In this document: positions 1 through 10,684 of the stretch, in pieces
How the letters are laid out: each line of letters starts with the position of its first letter
How positions within the stretch are numbered: position 1 is the stretch's first letter
Source: Escherichia coli
GTDB taxonomy: Bacteria; Pseudomonadota; Gammaproteobacteria; Enterobacterales; Enterobacteriaceae
Strand: one strand, 5' to 3'
NCBI RefSeq assembly: GCF_011045215.1
Contig: NZ_CP049201.1
DNA: 64,000 bases
Translations under genes and position numbers: made by a program
Notes under the pieces: model-generated
Told to the model about the DNA's origin: nothing
The model's database searches: none
Seen by the model: only the letters and a program-made list of their open reading frames with translations

Positions 1-1408
1 CATTAGGATAGTAATGGTCGATCATGTAACGCGAATTTAACTGTGTCGCGACCAGAGCATCAAGTTCACCTTCCTTGACCTTGTGAAATGCAGCGCTGGC
101 GTTATCGACTTTTATCCACTCTACCTCCGGATACATCTCTTTTAATTGCGAATGAAGCTCATAATAATATGGAATGGCAACTTTCATTCCTTTTTTTAAT
201 GTTTGTTCACTGTCAGGCGCTTTTTGCATGACAAAAACGTAAGGCGTTGTTATGAAGGCTTCAGCAAATAAAACATTATTTTCTCTATCTTCACTATAAA
301 TAGCACCGGGTAATATATCCCATCCGCCGGGATTCAGCTGTGTTCCAGCATGGATATTGTGTGAAACGGTGATCGGAGAAAAATTTAAACCTGTTTGCAA
401 AGTAATAATATTAAGAATATCCCCCATAACGCCCCGAACCGAGCCATTTTCATCCGTCATAGAATAGGGAGGAGAGTAAGGATTTTCCAGCACCTTTAAA
501 TCGGGATGCTGCTTAATCCACTGTTTTTCATGTTCAGTGAGTTCTAATGGTTTGTTCAGAAAGGCCAGGTTTCCTGTATCAAGCCAATTTTGTGATACTT
601 CATAGCGAACTTCATTTGTTAAAGCATCAACAAATCGATTGAGTACTTCATTAAGAACGACAGATTCTTTTCTGGTCAAGAAAAAATTATATTGACGCGG
701 TGAGTTATAATATTTCACTACATTTAAGGAGTGAGTGAAATAGCGGGAAATCATACTGCTGGTAATGATGTTACTACCAATAAAGTAATCATTCTGTCCG
801 GCTGAGACGGATGCTAATGCCTGATATAAATTTGTAAAAGAGATAATTGTTGCTTTTGGAAATGATTGATGAATTACCTCGTCAGGGGGATAATTTGCTA
901 CTCGAGCAATATTTACTGGTTTTGATGAGGTAAGCGGTCGCATTGAATCGTGAAGGGTGGTGACCAGCGCCGGAAAGGTAATTATCAGTGGTTTGGTTGC
1001 AGCAATGTCATCATTAAGAGGCGGCGAAGTAACTAAATGTGATAACACTATATCGACTTCACCTTCTTCCAGCGCGTCCATTGCTTTTTGATGATCGGCG
1101 TATTCCCGGAGTGTTAATTTGATATTTAACGCTCTTTTTAAAAGATTTAAATAATCAGCATTAATACCACGAACCCGTTGCTGCGAATCGGTATGCAACA
1201 ACGTAGCCGTTTGGGACTTATGTACTGCAATCACAAGATTTTTTTTGCTCGCTAACCAACGTAATTCCTTGTTGCTCAGACGTAGTGGATCAAGTGTGAC
1301 ACGGTTGTTACTACTGATGCCACGATATTCGATGTAATCTTCGTCTGCGAAACTTATGGTCGACCAAAGACCACAACAGAGAAGAAAAATATAGGGTAAA
1401 AACTTCAT
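1..1408 (-). CDS. evgS: Sensor histidine kinase EvgS, N-terminal periplasmic portion (partial; 3' end lies beyond window start)
   Basis: Reverse-strand frame open to window edge; start ATG at 1408 gives MKFLPYIFLL..., matching recalled EvgS N-terminus; sits 5 bp downstream of evgA as in the evgAS operon. Confidence 0.88.
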   Translation of the reverse strand, partial: MKFLPYIFLLCCGLWSTISFADEDYIEYRGISSNNRVTLDPLRLSNKELRWLASKKNLVIAVHKSQTATLLHTDSQQRVRGINADYLNLLKRALNIKLTLREYADHQKAMDALEEGEVDIVLSHLVTSPPLNDDIAATKPLIITFPALVTTLHDSMRPLTSSKPVNIARVANYPPDEVIHQSFPKATIISFTNLYQALASVSAGQNDYFIGSNIITSSMISRYFTHSLNVVKYYNSPRQYNFFLTRKESVVLNEVLNRFVDALTNEVRYEVSQNWLDTGNLAFLNKPLELTEHEKQWIKQHPDLKVLENPYSPPYSMTDENGSVRGVMGDILNIITLQTGLNFSPITVSHNIHAGTQLNPGGWDILPGAIYSEDRENNVLFAEAFITTPYVFVMQKAPDSEQTLKKGMKVAIPYYYELHSQLKEMYPEVEWIKVDNASAAFHKVKEGELDALVATQLNSRYMIDHYYPN

Positions 1409-1412
1409 GTGG

Positions 1413-2027
1413 TTAGCCGATTTTGTTACGTTGTGCGAATGTGTAAAGATCCATCAGTGATTTACATTCTAATTTTTCCATCAGGCGACTTTTATAAGTG
1501 CTGACAGTTTTGTTGCTGATGAACATTTTTTCAGCAATGTCATTATTATCCTTGCCATCAAGAATATAGCGCATGACACTAATTTCTTGTTTCGATAAGG
1601 AGTCGAGTTTTTGCTGGTCGGACGTTAAACTTCCAACAAACCGGTTGAGAGAGAAGGGGAAATAGCAGTAGCCATTTTTTGCAGCTTCAATAGCCGCAAT
1701 GATATTGTTCATGCCTTCTTTTTTACTCACGAAACCATTAGCGCCAGCATCAGCACAATGTTTCCCGTAAAAATGGTCATTTTTAGCGGAGACGATAATA
1801 ATAATTCCGCTATATTGGCGCTTCCTCAGCGTTTCTAACACCTGGATACCGTTAACTCCGGGGATATCGACATCAATGATGACGATATCAGGCTTAAGTG
1901 TTTCCACCCGCTGAACGGCACTTCCGCCTTCAGTCAACTCTGCTAAGATTTCAATATCGTTTTTGATCAATAAATTACGAATTGCTGCGATAGCAAGAGG
2001 ATGGTCATCAATAATTATTGCGTTCAT
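1413..2027 (-). CDS. evgA: Response regulator EvgA (NarL/LuxR family)
   Basis: 204-aa ORF with receiver domain and C-terminal LuxR-type HTH; matches recalled EvgA; divergent from emrK. Confidence 0.93.
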   Translation of the reverse strand: MNAIIIDDHPLAIAAIRNLLIKNDIEILAELTEGGSAVQRVETLKPDIVIIDVDIPGVNGIQVLETLRKRQYSGIIIIVSAKNDHFYGKHCADAGANGFVSKKEGMNNIIAAIEAAKNGYCYFPFSLNRFVGSLTSDQQKLDSLSKQEISVMRYILDGKDNNDIAEKMFISNKTVSTYKSRLMEKLECKSLMDLYTFAQRNKIG

Positions 2028-2251
2028 AGATTATTCCCTTTGCAATGAAGCATCTCCCTTCTCCCTGTAGTAATACAGACATAAGGCATCATCTCATTTT
2101 CTCAATAAAAATAAGAAAATTTGAGCTTCCTTTAAGATAATTCGACAAGTATACCATATAAATAGTCGGCATATATGAAATGTCAACAATAAAATCAGGG
2201 ATTATACCGATGATTTATAGTTTCACATTAGCACTATAAGTCTTCTCACTA

Positions 2252-2270
2252 ATCCTACAGGCGTAAGAAT
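2252..2270. promoter_or_regulatory. Candidate EvgA box in the evgA-emrK divergent promoter region
   Basis: Imperfect inverted repeat ATCCTACAGGCGTAAGAAT resembling the recalled EvgA consensus; located in the 415-bp AT-rich intergenic region. Confidence 0.3.
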
Positions 2271-2442
2271 TGTATTGCAAAAGCCACGGTTTAGTCCTCT
2301 GTTGTTTTTTTTGCACCTCATTTAAATTAGGCCTCCAACGTTCCTGGGATAATGTGCAACACATGCACTGTGTTTGATATGAAGAATGAATACTCTTTTC
2401 ATTCAATTCATAAATTTCATCTATGCGAAATGAGAGATAATA

Positions 2443-3606
2443 GTGGAACAGATTAATTCAAATAAAAAACACTCTAACAGAAGAAAATACTTTTCTTTAT
2501 TGGCGATAGTTTTATTTATTGCGTTTTCAGGTGCTTATGCCTATTGGTCAATGGAATTAGAAGACATGATTAGTACAGATGACGCCTATGTCACGGGGAA
2601 TGCAGATCCAATTTCTGCACAAGTCTCAGGTAGTGTCACTGTCGTTAATCATAAAGATACGAACTACGTTCGACAGGGTGACATTTTAGTTTCACTGGAT
2701 AAAACTGATGCCACTATCGCACTCAATAAAGCTAAAAATAATCTGGCAAATATTGTTCGGCAAACGAATAAACTGTACTTACAGGATAAACAATACAGTG
2801 CCGAAGTCGCTTCAGCACGTATTCAGTATCAACAATCTTTAGAAGATTATAACCGTCGTGTGCCTTTAGCGAAGCAGGGGGTTATTTCAAAAGAAACGCT
2901 GGAGCATACCAAAGATACGTTAATAAGTAGCAAAGCGGCATTGAATGCCGCTATCCAGGCTTATAAAGCGAATAAAGCTTTAGTAATGAACACACCATTA
3001 AACCGTCAGCCACAAGTCGTTGAAGCTGCGGATGCAACCAAAGAAGCCTGGTTGGCGCTTAAACGTACGGATATTAAGAGTCCGGTTACCGGCTATATTG
3101 CCCAGCGAAGTGTTCAGGTCGGCGAAACAGTGAGTCCCGGACAATCGTTAATGGCTGTCGTACCAGCACGTCAAATGTGGGTTAATGCCAACTTTAAAGA
3201 AACACAACTCACGGATGTACGGATTGGTCAATCGGTCAATATTATCAGCGATCTTTATGGTGAGAATGTTGTGTTTCATGGCCGGGTGACAGGGATCAAT
3301 ATGGGAACCGGCAATGCGTTCTCCTTATTACCTGCACAAAATGCGACAGGGAACTGGATCAAAATCGTTCAGCGTGTACCGGTTGAAGTTTCTCTTGATC
3401 CAAAAGAACTCATGGAACACCCCTTGCGCATTGGTTTATCGATGACTGCAACTATTGATACGAAGAACGAAGACATTGCTGAGATGCCTGAGCTGGCTTC
3501 AACCGTGACGTCCATGCCGGCTTATACCAGTAAGGCTTTAGTTATCGATACCAGTCCGATAGAAAAAGAAATTAGCAACATTATTTCGCATAATGGACAA
3601 CTTTAA
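2443..3606 (+). CDS. emrK: Multidrug efflux membrane fusion protein EmrK
   Basis: 387-aa ORF, EmrA-like periplasmic adaptor with N-terminal membrane anchor; 1-bp overlap with emrY. Confidence 0.92.
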   Translation: MEQINSNKKHSNRRKYFSLLAIVLFIAFSGAYAYWSMELEDMISTDDAYVTGNADPISAQVSGSVTVVNHKDTNYVRQGDILVSLDKTDATIALNKAKNNLANIVRQTNKLYLQDKQYSAEVASARIQYQQSLEDYNRRVPLAKQGVISKETLEHTKDTLISSKAALNAAIQAYKANKALVMNTPLNRQPQVVEAADATKEAWLALKRTDIKSPVTGYIAQRSVQVGETVSPGQSLMAVVPARQMWVNANFKETQLTDVRIGQSVNIISDLYGENVVFHGRVTGINMGTGNAFSLLPAQNATGNWIKIVQRVPVEVSLDPKELMEHPLRIGLSMTATIDTKNEDIAEMPELASTVTSMPAYTSKALVIDTSPIEKEISNIISHNGQL

Positions 3607-5144
3607 TGGCAATCACTAAATCAACTCCGGCACCATTAACCGGTGGGACGTTATGGTGCGTCACTATTGCATTGTCATTAGCGACGTTTATGCAAATGTT
3701 GGATTCCACTATTTCTAACGTCGCAATACCGACAATATCTGGCTTTCTGGGAGCATCAACAGACGAAGGCACCTGGGTTATCACCTCGTTTGGCGTAGCA
3801 AATGCCATTGCTATCCCTGTTACCGGCAGGCTGGCACAAAGAATAGGCGAATTAAGGTTATTTTTACTTTCAGTCACTTTTTTTTCGCTGTCTTCCTTAA
3901 TGTGTAGTTTATCGACCAATCTTGATGTGCTGATATTTTTTAGAGTCGTTCAGGGGTTAATGGCAGGGCCGTTAATTCCACTGTCACAGAGTTTATTATT
4001 AAGGAATTATCCACCAGAAAAAAGAACATTTGCTCTGGCATTATGGTCAATGACCGTGATTATCGCTCCGATATGTGGGCCGATATTGGGCGGTTATATT
4101 TGTGATAACTTTAGCTGGGGTTGGATATTTTTAATCAATGTCCCTATGGGGATTATCGTCCTGACATTATGCTTAACCTTACTTAAAGGAAGAGAAACTG
4201 AGACTTCACCGGTCAAAATGAATCTACCAGGACTGACCCTGTTAGTGCTCGGTGTTGGTGGCTTGCAAATTATGCTTGATAAAGGGCGCGATCTGGATTG
4301 GTTCAACTCGAATACAATAATAATATTAACAGTAGTATCAGTTATTTCTCTGATCTCTTTAGTCATTTGGGAGTCGACCTCAGAGAACCCGATTCTTGAT
4401 CTCAGTTTGTTTAAGTCCCGTAATTTCACCATTGGTATTGTGAGTATCACATGCGCGTATTTATTTTACTCTGGAGCGATCGTCCTTATGCCGCAGTTAC
4501 TCCAGGAAACGATGGGGTATAATGCGATATGGGCCGGACTTGCTTATGCGCCCATCGGCATCATGCCACTATTAATTTCACCTTTGATAGGACGTTATGG
4601 CAACAAAATAGACATGCGGGTGTTGGTGACATTCAGTTTTTTGATGTATGCGGTTTGCTATTACTGGCGTTCTGTGACATTTATGCCAACGATTGATTTT
4701 ACAGGTATCATTTTGCCGCAGTTTTTTCAGGGATTCGCCGTTGCCTGTTTCTTTTTACCCTTAACAACGATTTCGTTTTCAGGCTTGCCAGATAATAAAT
4801 TTGCCAATGCCTCGAGTATGAGTAATTTTTTTCGTACCTTGTCAGGATCAGTTGGTACGTCGTTGACAATGACGCTGTGGGGACGACGCGAATCGTTACA
4901 CCATAGTCAGTTGACAGCAACCATCGATCAATTTAACCCCGTGTTTAATTCATCGTCACAAATTATGGATAAATACTATGGTTCGCTTTCAGGAGTTCTT
5001 AATGAAATTAATAATGAAATAACCCAGCAGTCACTTTCTATTTCTGCAAATGAGATTTTCCGTATGGCGGCTATTGCTTTTATCTTACTTACGGTTTTGG
5101 TTTGGTTTGCGAAACCGCCGTTTACAGCGAAAGGCGTTGGGTGA
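3606..5144 (+). CDS. emrY: MFS multidrug efflux pump EmrY
   Basis: 512-aa ORF, 14-TMS MFS (EmrB-like); translationally coupled to emrK. Confidence 0.92.
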   Translation: MAITKSTPAPLTGGTLWCVTIALSLATFMQMLDSTISNVAIPTISGFLGASTDEGTWVITSFGVANAIAIPVTGRLAQRIGELRLFLLSVTFFSLSSLMCSLSTNLDVLIFFRVVQGLMAGPLIPLSQSLLLRNYPPEKRTFALALWSMTVIIAPICGPILGGYICDNFSWGWIFLINVPMGIIVLTLCLTLLKGRETETSPVKMNLPGLTLLVLGVGGLQIMLDKGRDLDWFNSNTIIILTVVSVISLISLVIWESTSENPILDLSLFKSRNFTIGIVSITCAYLFYSGAIVLMPQLLQETMGYNAIWAGLAYAPIGIMPLLISPLIGRYGNKIDMRVLVTFSFLMYAVCYYWRSVTFMPTIDFTGIILPQFFQGFAVACFFLPLTTISFSGLPDNKFANASSMSNFFRTLSGSVGTSLTMTLWGRRESLHHSQLTATIDQFNPVFNSSSQIMDKYYGSLSGVLNEINNEITQQSLSISANEIFRMAAIAFILLTVLVWFAKPPFTAKGVG

Positions 5145-5251
5145 TGGTAAAAGCAGGGGGTTATAGCGGGTAAGACCGGGGATCTTAAGTCTGCGCCATC
5201 GGCAGCATCGCTCACCCAGGGAAAGGATTGCGATGCTGCGTTGAAACGTTA

Positions 5252-6580
5252 TTAACGGCCTTTTGCCAGATATTGCTCCATCTCTTCTTCCGGCACCATT
5301 CCACCTCCCGTCGCCCACACCAGATGAGTGGCATTACGCAGTTGTTCTGCGCTGAAACCGTGCATCTGTTGGTAACTTACTGATGCACACACGCGCTGAG
5401 GTCCGGCCATACCCGCCAGTGCCGAAGGTTCAAGACGAATACCTTCTTCCTGCGCCAGCCAGCCAAGCATGTCATACATGGTTTGATCGCTAAGGGTATA
5501 GAAGCCATCCAGCAGACGCTCCATTGCCCGCCCGACAAAGCCTGATGCGCGACCAACTGCAAGGCCATCCGCTGCGGTAAGGTTGTCGATACCAATATCC
5601 TGAACAGAAATCTGATCGTGTAATCCTGTATGGACGCCTAACAACATACAAGGGGAGTGCGTTGGTTCGGCAAAAAAGCAGTGAACATGATCGCCAAACG
5701 CCAGTTTAAGCCCGAATGCGACGCCACCAGGACCACCGCCAACACCACACGGCAGATAGACAAACAGAGGGTTATCAGCATCGACGATACGGCCTTGCTG
5801 GGCAAATTGCGCTTTAAGACGCTGGCCAGCGACGGAATACCCAAGGAACAACGTGCGGGAATTTTCGTCATCAATAAAGAAACAGTTCGGGTCAGACTGC
5901 GCTGCTTTACGTCCTTCCTCGACGGCAACACCATAATCTTGCTCATATTCCACGACCGTAACGCCATGGCTGCGCAGTTTCGCTTTTTTCCATGCCCGGG
6001 CATCAGCAGACATATGCACTGTCACCTTAAAGCCAATGCGGGCGCTCATAATGCCGATTGATAACCCCAGATTTCCGGTTGAGCCCACAGCAATGCTGTA
6101 TTGGCTAAAGAACTGTTTAAACTCCGGAGAAAGCAGTTTGCTGTAGTCATCATCAAGCGTCAGCAACCCCGCTTCCAGAGCCGGTTTTTCTGCATGTGCC
6201 AGGACTTCATAAATCCCGCCGCGTGCTTTTATGGAGCCGGAAATGGGCAAATGGCTATCTTTTTTCAGTAACAGTTGCCCGCTGATCGGTTGTTGATATT
6301 CCTTTTCCAGCCGTTTTTGCATAGCCGGAATGGCAACCAGTTCTGATTCAATAATCCCCCCAGTGGTAGCAGTTTCAGGAAATGCTTTTGCCAGATAGGG
6401 TGCAAAACGGGATAAGCGCGCATGGGCGTCCTGAACATCCTGTTCGGTCAGGCCAACATAAGGTAAACCTTCAGCCAATGAGGTCGTGCCAGGATTAAAC
6501 CAGGTGGTTTCTTTAAGAGCAACCAGATCCTTTACCAACGGATACTGGGCGATGAGCGAGTTCATTTTAGCGTTTTCCAT
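5252..6580 (-). CDS. dsdA: D-serine dehydratase (PLP-dependent)
   Basis: 442-aa ORF starting [19 protein letters not shown]..., matches recalled DsdA. Confidence 0.93.
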   Translation of the reverse strand: MENAKMNSLIAQYPLVKDLVALKETTWFNPGTTSLAEGLPYVGLTEQDVQDAHARLSRFAPYLAKAFPETATTGGIIESELVAIPAMQKRLEKEYQQPISGQLLLKKDSHLPISGSIKARGGIYEVLAHAEKPALEAGLLTLDDDYSKLLSPEFKQFFSQYSIAVGSTGNLGLSIGIMSARIGFKVTVHMSADARAWKKAKLRSHGVTVVEYEQDYGVAVEEGRKAAQSDPNCFFIDDENSRTLFLGYSVAGQRLKAQFAQQGRIVDADNPLFVYLPCGVGGGPGGVAFGLKLAFGDHVHCFFAEPTHSPCMLLGVHTGLHDQISVQDIGIDNLTAADGLAVGRASGFVGRAMERLLDGFYTLSDQTMYDMLGWLAQEEGIRLEPSALAGMAGPQRVCASVSYQQMHGFSAEQLRNATHLVWATGGGMVPEEEMEQYLAKGR

Positions 6581-6597
6581 AGTACGTCTCTTTGCGC

Positions 6598-6816
6598 TTA
6601 GATGATAAATGACAGCAGGAATGTGCCCGCCAGAGCGACGACTGAAGCGATAAATGTCGCTGTCGTATAGTATTTAAATGTTTCATTGAGCGTAGCGCCG
6701 CAATATTGCTTCACCAGCCAGAAAAGCGAGTCCGTAACGATCGTGCAGCCAATCGCGCCTGAACCGATAGCAATCGCAATAATTTCCGGGATGATGTCGG
6801 GATACAGCGGCAGCAC
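6598..6816 (-). pseudogene. dsdX: Remnant of D-serine permease dsdX (only about 72 C-terminal codons retained)
   Basis: 72-aa hydrophobic ORF directly upstream of dsdA, matching the C-terminus of a GntP-family permease; similarity ends near 6820 where the csc sequence begins. Confidence 0.75.
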
Positions 6817-7046
6817 AATGATCCATATTTATATTTTCTTCTCCAGGTTGGCGATGCCAGTTGGCATGTTTTACTTACTTGCCTATATGGTTACTCGTTG
6901 GCGAGAACAGAGGCGGAATTGGGGACAATTGTCCGGGAATTATTGTTATTTTTTATTGTATTGCCGTGTCAGGTGATAGGGCGTTGGATCTCGCCAGTGA
7001 CGTCTGTTTCTGCTACAGTGCCCGTTTTACGGCAAACGGCTTGGGT

Positions 7047-8042
7047 ATGGCTTCATTAAAGGATGTCGCACGCCTGGCGGGAGTGTCGATGATGACAGTC
7101 TCCCGGGTGATGCATAATGCAGAATCTGTGCGTCCTGCAACGCGTGACCGCGTATTGCAGGCAATCCAGACCCTGAATTATGTTCCTGATCTTTCCGCCC
7201 GTAAGATGCGCGCTCAAGGACGTAAGCCGTCGACTCTCGCCGTGCTGGCGCAGGACACTGCTACCACTCCTTTCTCTGTTGATATTCTGCTTGCCATTGA
7301 GCAAACCGCCAGCGAGTTCGGCTGGAATAGTTTTTTAATCAATATTTTTTCTGAAGATGACGCTGCCCGCGCGGCACGTCAGCTGCTTGCCCACCGTCCG
7401 GATGGCATTATCTATACTACAATGGGGCTGCGACATATCACGCTACCCGAGTCTCTGTATGGTGAAAATATTGTATTGGCGAACTGTGTGGCGGATGACC
7501 CAGCGTTACCCAGTTATATCCCTGATGATTACACTGCACAATATGAATCAACACAGCATTTGCTCGCGGCGGGCTATCGTCAACCGTTATGCTTCTGGCT
7601 ACCGGAAAGTGCGTTGGCAACAGGGTATCGTCGGCAGGGATTTGAGCAGGCCTGGCGTGATGCTGGACGAGATCTGGCTGAGGTGAAACAATTTCACATG
7701 GCAACAGGTGATGATCACTACACCGATCTCGCAAGTTTACTCAATGACCACTTCAAATCGGGCAAACCAGATTTTGATGTTCTGATATGTGGTAACGATC
7801 GCGCAGCCTTTGTGGCTTATCAGGTTCTCCTGGCTAAGGGGGTACGTATCCCGCAGGATGTCGCCGTAATGGGCTTTGATAATCTGGTTGGCGTCGGGCA
7901 TCTTTTTTTACCGCCGCTGACCACAATTCAGCTTCCACATGACATTATCGGGCGGGAAGCTGCATTGCATATTATTGAAGGTCGTGAAGGGGGAAGTGTG
8001 ACGCGGATCCCTTGCCCGCTGTTGATCCGTTGTTCCACCTGA
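7047..8042 (+). CDS. cscR: Sucrose operon repressor CscR (LacI/GalR family)
   Basis: N-terminal HTH MASLKDVARLAGVSMMTVSRV then periplasmic-binding-like domain; start chosen at internal ATG 7047 (331 aa) rather than ORF-track 6861. Confidence 0.85.
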   Translation: MASLKDVARLAGVSMMTVSRVMHNAESVRPATRDRVLQAIQTLNYVPDLSARKMRAQGRKPSTLAVLAQDTATTPFSVDILLAIEQTASEFGWNSFLINIFSEDDAARAARQLLAHRPDGIIYTTMGLRHITLPESLYGENIVLANCVADDPALPSYIPDDYTAQYESTQHLLAAGYRQPLCFWLPESALATGYRRQGFEQAWRDAGRDLAEVKQFHMATGDDHYTDLASLLNDHFKSGKPDFDVLICGNDRAAFVAYQVLLAKGVRIPQDVAVMGFDNLVGVGHLFLPPLTTIQLPHDIIGREAALHIIEGREGGSVTRIPCPLLIRCST

Positions 8043-8049
8043 TATTATG

Positions 8050-9483
8050 TTAACCCAGTTGCCAGAGTGCTCCATGTTGCACCACAGCCACTCCGTGGGA
8101 GGCATAAAGCGACAGTTCCCGTTCTTCTGGCTGCGGATAGATTCGACTACTCATCACCGCTTCCCCGTCGTTAATAAATACTTCCACGGATGATGTATCG
8201 ATAAATATCCTTAGGGCGAGCGTGTCACGCTGCGGGAGGGGAATACTACGGTAGCCGTCTAAATTCTCGTGTGGGTAATACCGCCACAAAACAAGTCGCT
8301 CAGATTGGTTATCAATATACAGCCGCATTCCAGTGCCGAGCTGTAATCCGTAATGTTCGGCATCACTGTTCTTCAGCGCCCACTGCAACTGAATCTCAAC
8401 TGCTTGCGCGTTTTCCTGCAAAACATATTTATTGCTGATTGTGCGGGGAGAGATAGATTGATGCTGCTGGCGTAACGACTCAGCTTCGTGTACCGGGCGT
8501 TGTAGGAGTTTGCCATTGCTCTCTGATAGCTCGCGCGCCAGCGTCATGCAGCCTGCCCAGCCTTCACGTTTTGAGGGCATTGGCGATTCCCACATATCCA
8601 TCCAGCCGATAACAATACGCCGACCATCCTTCGCTACAAAGCTTTGTGGTGCATAAAAGTCATGCCCGTTATCAAGTTCAGTAAAATGCCCGGATTGTGC
8701 AAAAAGTCGTCCTGGCGACCACATTCCGGGTATTACGCCACTTTGAAAGCGATTTCGGTAACTGTATCCCTCGGCATTCATTCCCTGCGGGGAAAACATC
8801 AGATAATGCTGATCGCCAAGGCTGAAAAAGTCCGGACATTCCCACATATAGCTTTCACCCGCATCAGCGTGGGCCAGTACGCGATCGAAAGTCCATTCAC
8901 GTAATGAACTGCCGCGATAAAGCAGGATCTGCCCCGTGTTGCCTGGGTCTTTCGCCCCGACTACCATCCACCATGTGTCGGCTTCACGCCACACTTTAGG
9001 ATCGCGGAAGTGCATGATTCCTTCTGGTGGAGTGAGGATCACACCCTGTTTCTCGAAATGAATACCATCCCGACTGGTAGCCAGACATTGTACTTCGCGA
9101 ATTGCATCGTCATTACCTGCACCATCGAGCCAGACGTGTCCGGTGTAGATAAGTGAGAGGACACCATTGTCATCGACAGCACTACCTGAAAAACACCCGT
9201 CTTTGTCATTATCGTCTCCTGGCGCTAGCGCAATAGGCTCATGCTGCCAGTGGATCATATCGTCGCTGGTGGCATGTCCCCAGTGCATTGGCCCCCAGTG
9301 TTCGCTCATTGGGTGATGTTGATAAAACGCGTGATAACGATCGTTAAACCAGATCAGGCCGTTTGGATCGTTCATCCACCCGGCAGGAGGCGCGAGGTGA
9401 AAATGGGGATAGAAAGTGTTACCCCGGTGCTCATGAAGTTTTGCTAGTGCGTTTTGCGCCGCATGCAATCGAGATTGCGTCAT
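8050..9483 (-). CDS. cscA: Sucrose-6-phosphate hydrolase / invertase CscA (GH32)
   Basis: GH32 N-terminal motif WMNDPNG and overall match to recalled CscA; start taken at MTQSRL (ORF-track start 9492 also possible). Confidence 0.88.
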   Translation of the reverse strand: MTQSRLHAAQNALAKLHEHRGNTFYPHFHLAPPAGWMNDPNGLIWFNDRYHAFYQHHPMSEHWGPMHWGHATSDDMIHWQHEPIALAPGDDNDKDGCFSGSAVDDNGVLSLIYTGHVWLDGAGNDDAIREVQCLATSRDGIHFEKQGVILTPPEGIMHFRDPKVWREADTWWMVVGAKDPGNTGQILLYRGSSLREWTFDRVLAHADAGESYMWECPDFFSLGDQHYLMFSPQGMNAEGYSYRNRFQSGVIPGMWSPGRLFAQSGHFTELDNGHDFYAPQSFVAKDGRRIVIGWMDMWESPMPSKREGWAGCMTLARELSESNGKLLQRPVHEAESLRQQHQSISPRTISNKYVLQENAQAVEIQLQWALKNSDAEHYGLQLGTGMRLYIDNQSERLVLWRYYPHENLDGYRSIPLPQRDTLALRIFIDTSSVEVFINDGEAVMSSRIYPQPEERELSLYASHGVAVVQHGALWQLG

Positions 9484-9517
9484 TTTAATCATCCTGGTTA
9501 AGCAAATTTGGTGAATT

Positions 9518-9593
9518 GTTAACGTTAACTTTTATAAAAATAAAGTCCCTTACTTTCATAAATGCGATGAATATCACAAATGTTAACGTTAAC
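9518..9593. promoter_or_regulatory. Two copies of the perfect 12-bp palindrome GTTAACGTTAAC in the cscA-cscK divergent promoter region; candidate CscR operators
   Basis: Palindromes at 9518-9529 and 9582-9593 in an AT-rich 206-bp intergenic region; LacI-family operators are typically palindromic. Confidence 0.45.
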
Positions 9594-9698
9594 TATGACA
9601 TTTTGTGATCGAATATGCATGTTTTAGTTAATCCATGACGATTTTGCGAAAAAGAGGTTTATCACTATGCGTAAGTCAGATGAATTTAAGGGAAAAAA

Positions 9699-10613
9699 AT
9701 GTCAGCCAAAGTATGGGTTTTAGGGGATGCGGTAGTAGATCTCTTGCCAGAATCAGACGGGCGCCTACTGCCTTGTCCTGGCGGCGCGCCAGCTAACGTT
9801 GCGGTGGGAATCGCCAGATTAGGCGGAATAAGTGGGTTTATAGGTCGGGTCGGTGATGATCCTTTTGGTGCATTAATGCAAAGAACGCTGCTAACTGAGG
9901 GAGTCGATATCACGTATCTGAAGCAAGATGAATGGCACCGGACATCCACGGTGCTTGTCGATCTGAACGATCAAGGGGAACGTTCATTTACGTTTATGGT
10001 CCGCCCCAGTGCCGATCTTTTTTTAGAGACGACAGACTTGCCCTGCTGGCGACATGGCGAATGGTTACATCTCTGTTCAATTGCGTTGTCTGCCGAGCCT
10101 TCGCGTACCAGCGCATTTACTGCGATGACGGCGATCCGGCATGCCGGAGGTTTTGTCAGCTTCGATCCCAATATTCGTGAAGATCTATGGCAAGACGAGC
10201 ATTTGCTCCGCTTGTGTTTGCGGCAGGCGCTACAACTGGCGGATGTCGTCAAGCTCTCGGAAGAAGAATGGCGACTTATCAGTGGAAAAACACAGAACGA
10301 TCGGGATATATGCGCCCTGGCAAAAGAGTATGAGATCGCCATGCTGTTGGTGACTAAAGGTGCAGAAGGGGTGGTGGTCTGTTATCGAGGACAAGTTCAC
10401 CATTTTGCTGGAATGTCTGTGAATTGTGTTGATAGCACGGGGGCGGGAGATGCGTTCGTTGCCGGGTTACTCACAGGTCTGTCCTCTACGGGATTATCTA
10501 CAGATGAGAGAGAAATGCGACGAATTATCGATCTCGCTCAACGTTGCGGAGCGCTTGCAGTAACAGCGAAAGGGGCAATGACAGCGCTGCCATGTCGACA
10601 AGAACTGGAATAG
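9699..10613 (+). CDS. cscK: Fructokinase CscK (ribokinase/pfkB family)
   Basis: 304-aa ORF with pfkB-family motifs (GGAPANVA near N-terminus, DSTGAGDAF near C-terminus). Confidence 0.88.
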   Translation: MSAKVWVLGDAVVDLLPESDGRLLPCPGGAPANVAVGIARLGGISGFIGRVGDDPFGALMQRTLLTEGVDITYLKQDEWHRTSTVLVDLNDQGERSFTFMVRPSADLFLETTDLPCWRHGEWLHLCSIALSAEPSRTSAFTAMTAIRHAGGFVSFDPNIREDLWQDEHLLRLCLRQALQLADVVKLSEEEWRLISGKTQNDRDICALAKEYEIAMLLVTKGAEGVVVCYRGQVHHFAGMSVNCVDSTGAGDAFVAGLLTGLSSTGLSTDEREMRRIIDLAQRCGALAVTAKGAMTALPCRQELE

Positions 10614-10684
10614 TGAGAAGTAAATGGCGAAGTCGCTCTTATCTCTAAATAGGACGTGAATTTTTTAACGACAGGCAGGTAATT

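Noticed and set aside
2215-2406. 63-aa ORF in the evgA-emrK intergenic region
   Set aside because: Lies entirely in the AT-rich divergent promoter region, has no convincing RBS, no recognisable family and odd composition; most likely a chance ORF
5657-6061. 134-aa plus-strand ORF inside dsdA, and similar antisense or out-of-frame ORFs inside csc, yfdC, fadJ, aroC, fabB (e.g. 12713-13166, 31000-32083, 37517-38482)
   Set aside because: Shadow ORFs embedded in well-supported genes on the opposite strand or in other frames; no independent support
6861-7046. N-terminal extension of the cscR ORF (ORF-track start at 6861)
   Set aside because: The extension overlaps the dsdX remnant / junction sequence and precedes the LacI-type HTH; the internal ATG at 7047 gives the expected 331-aa repressor
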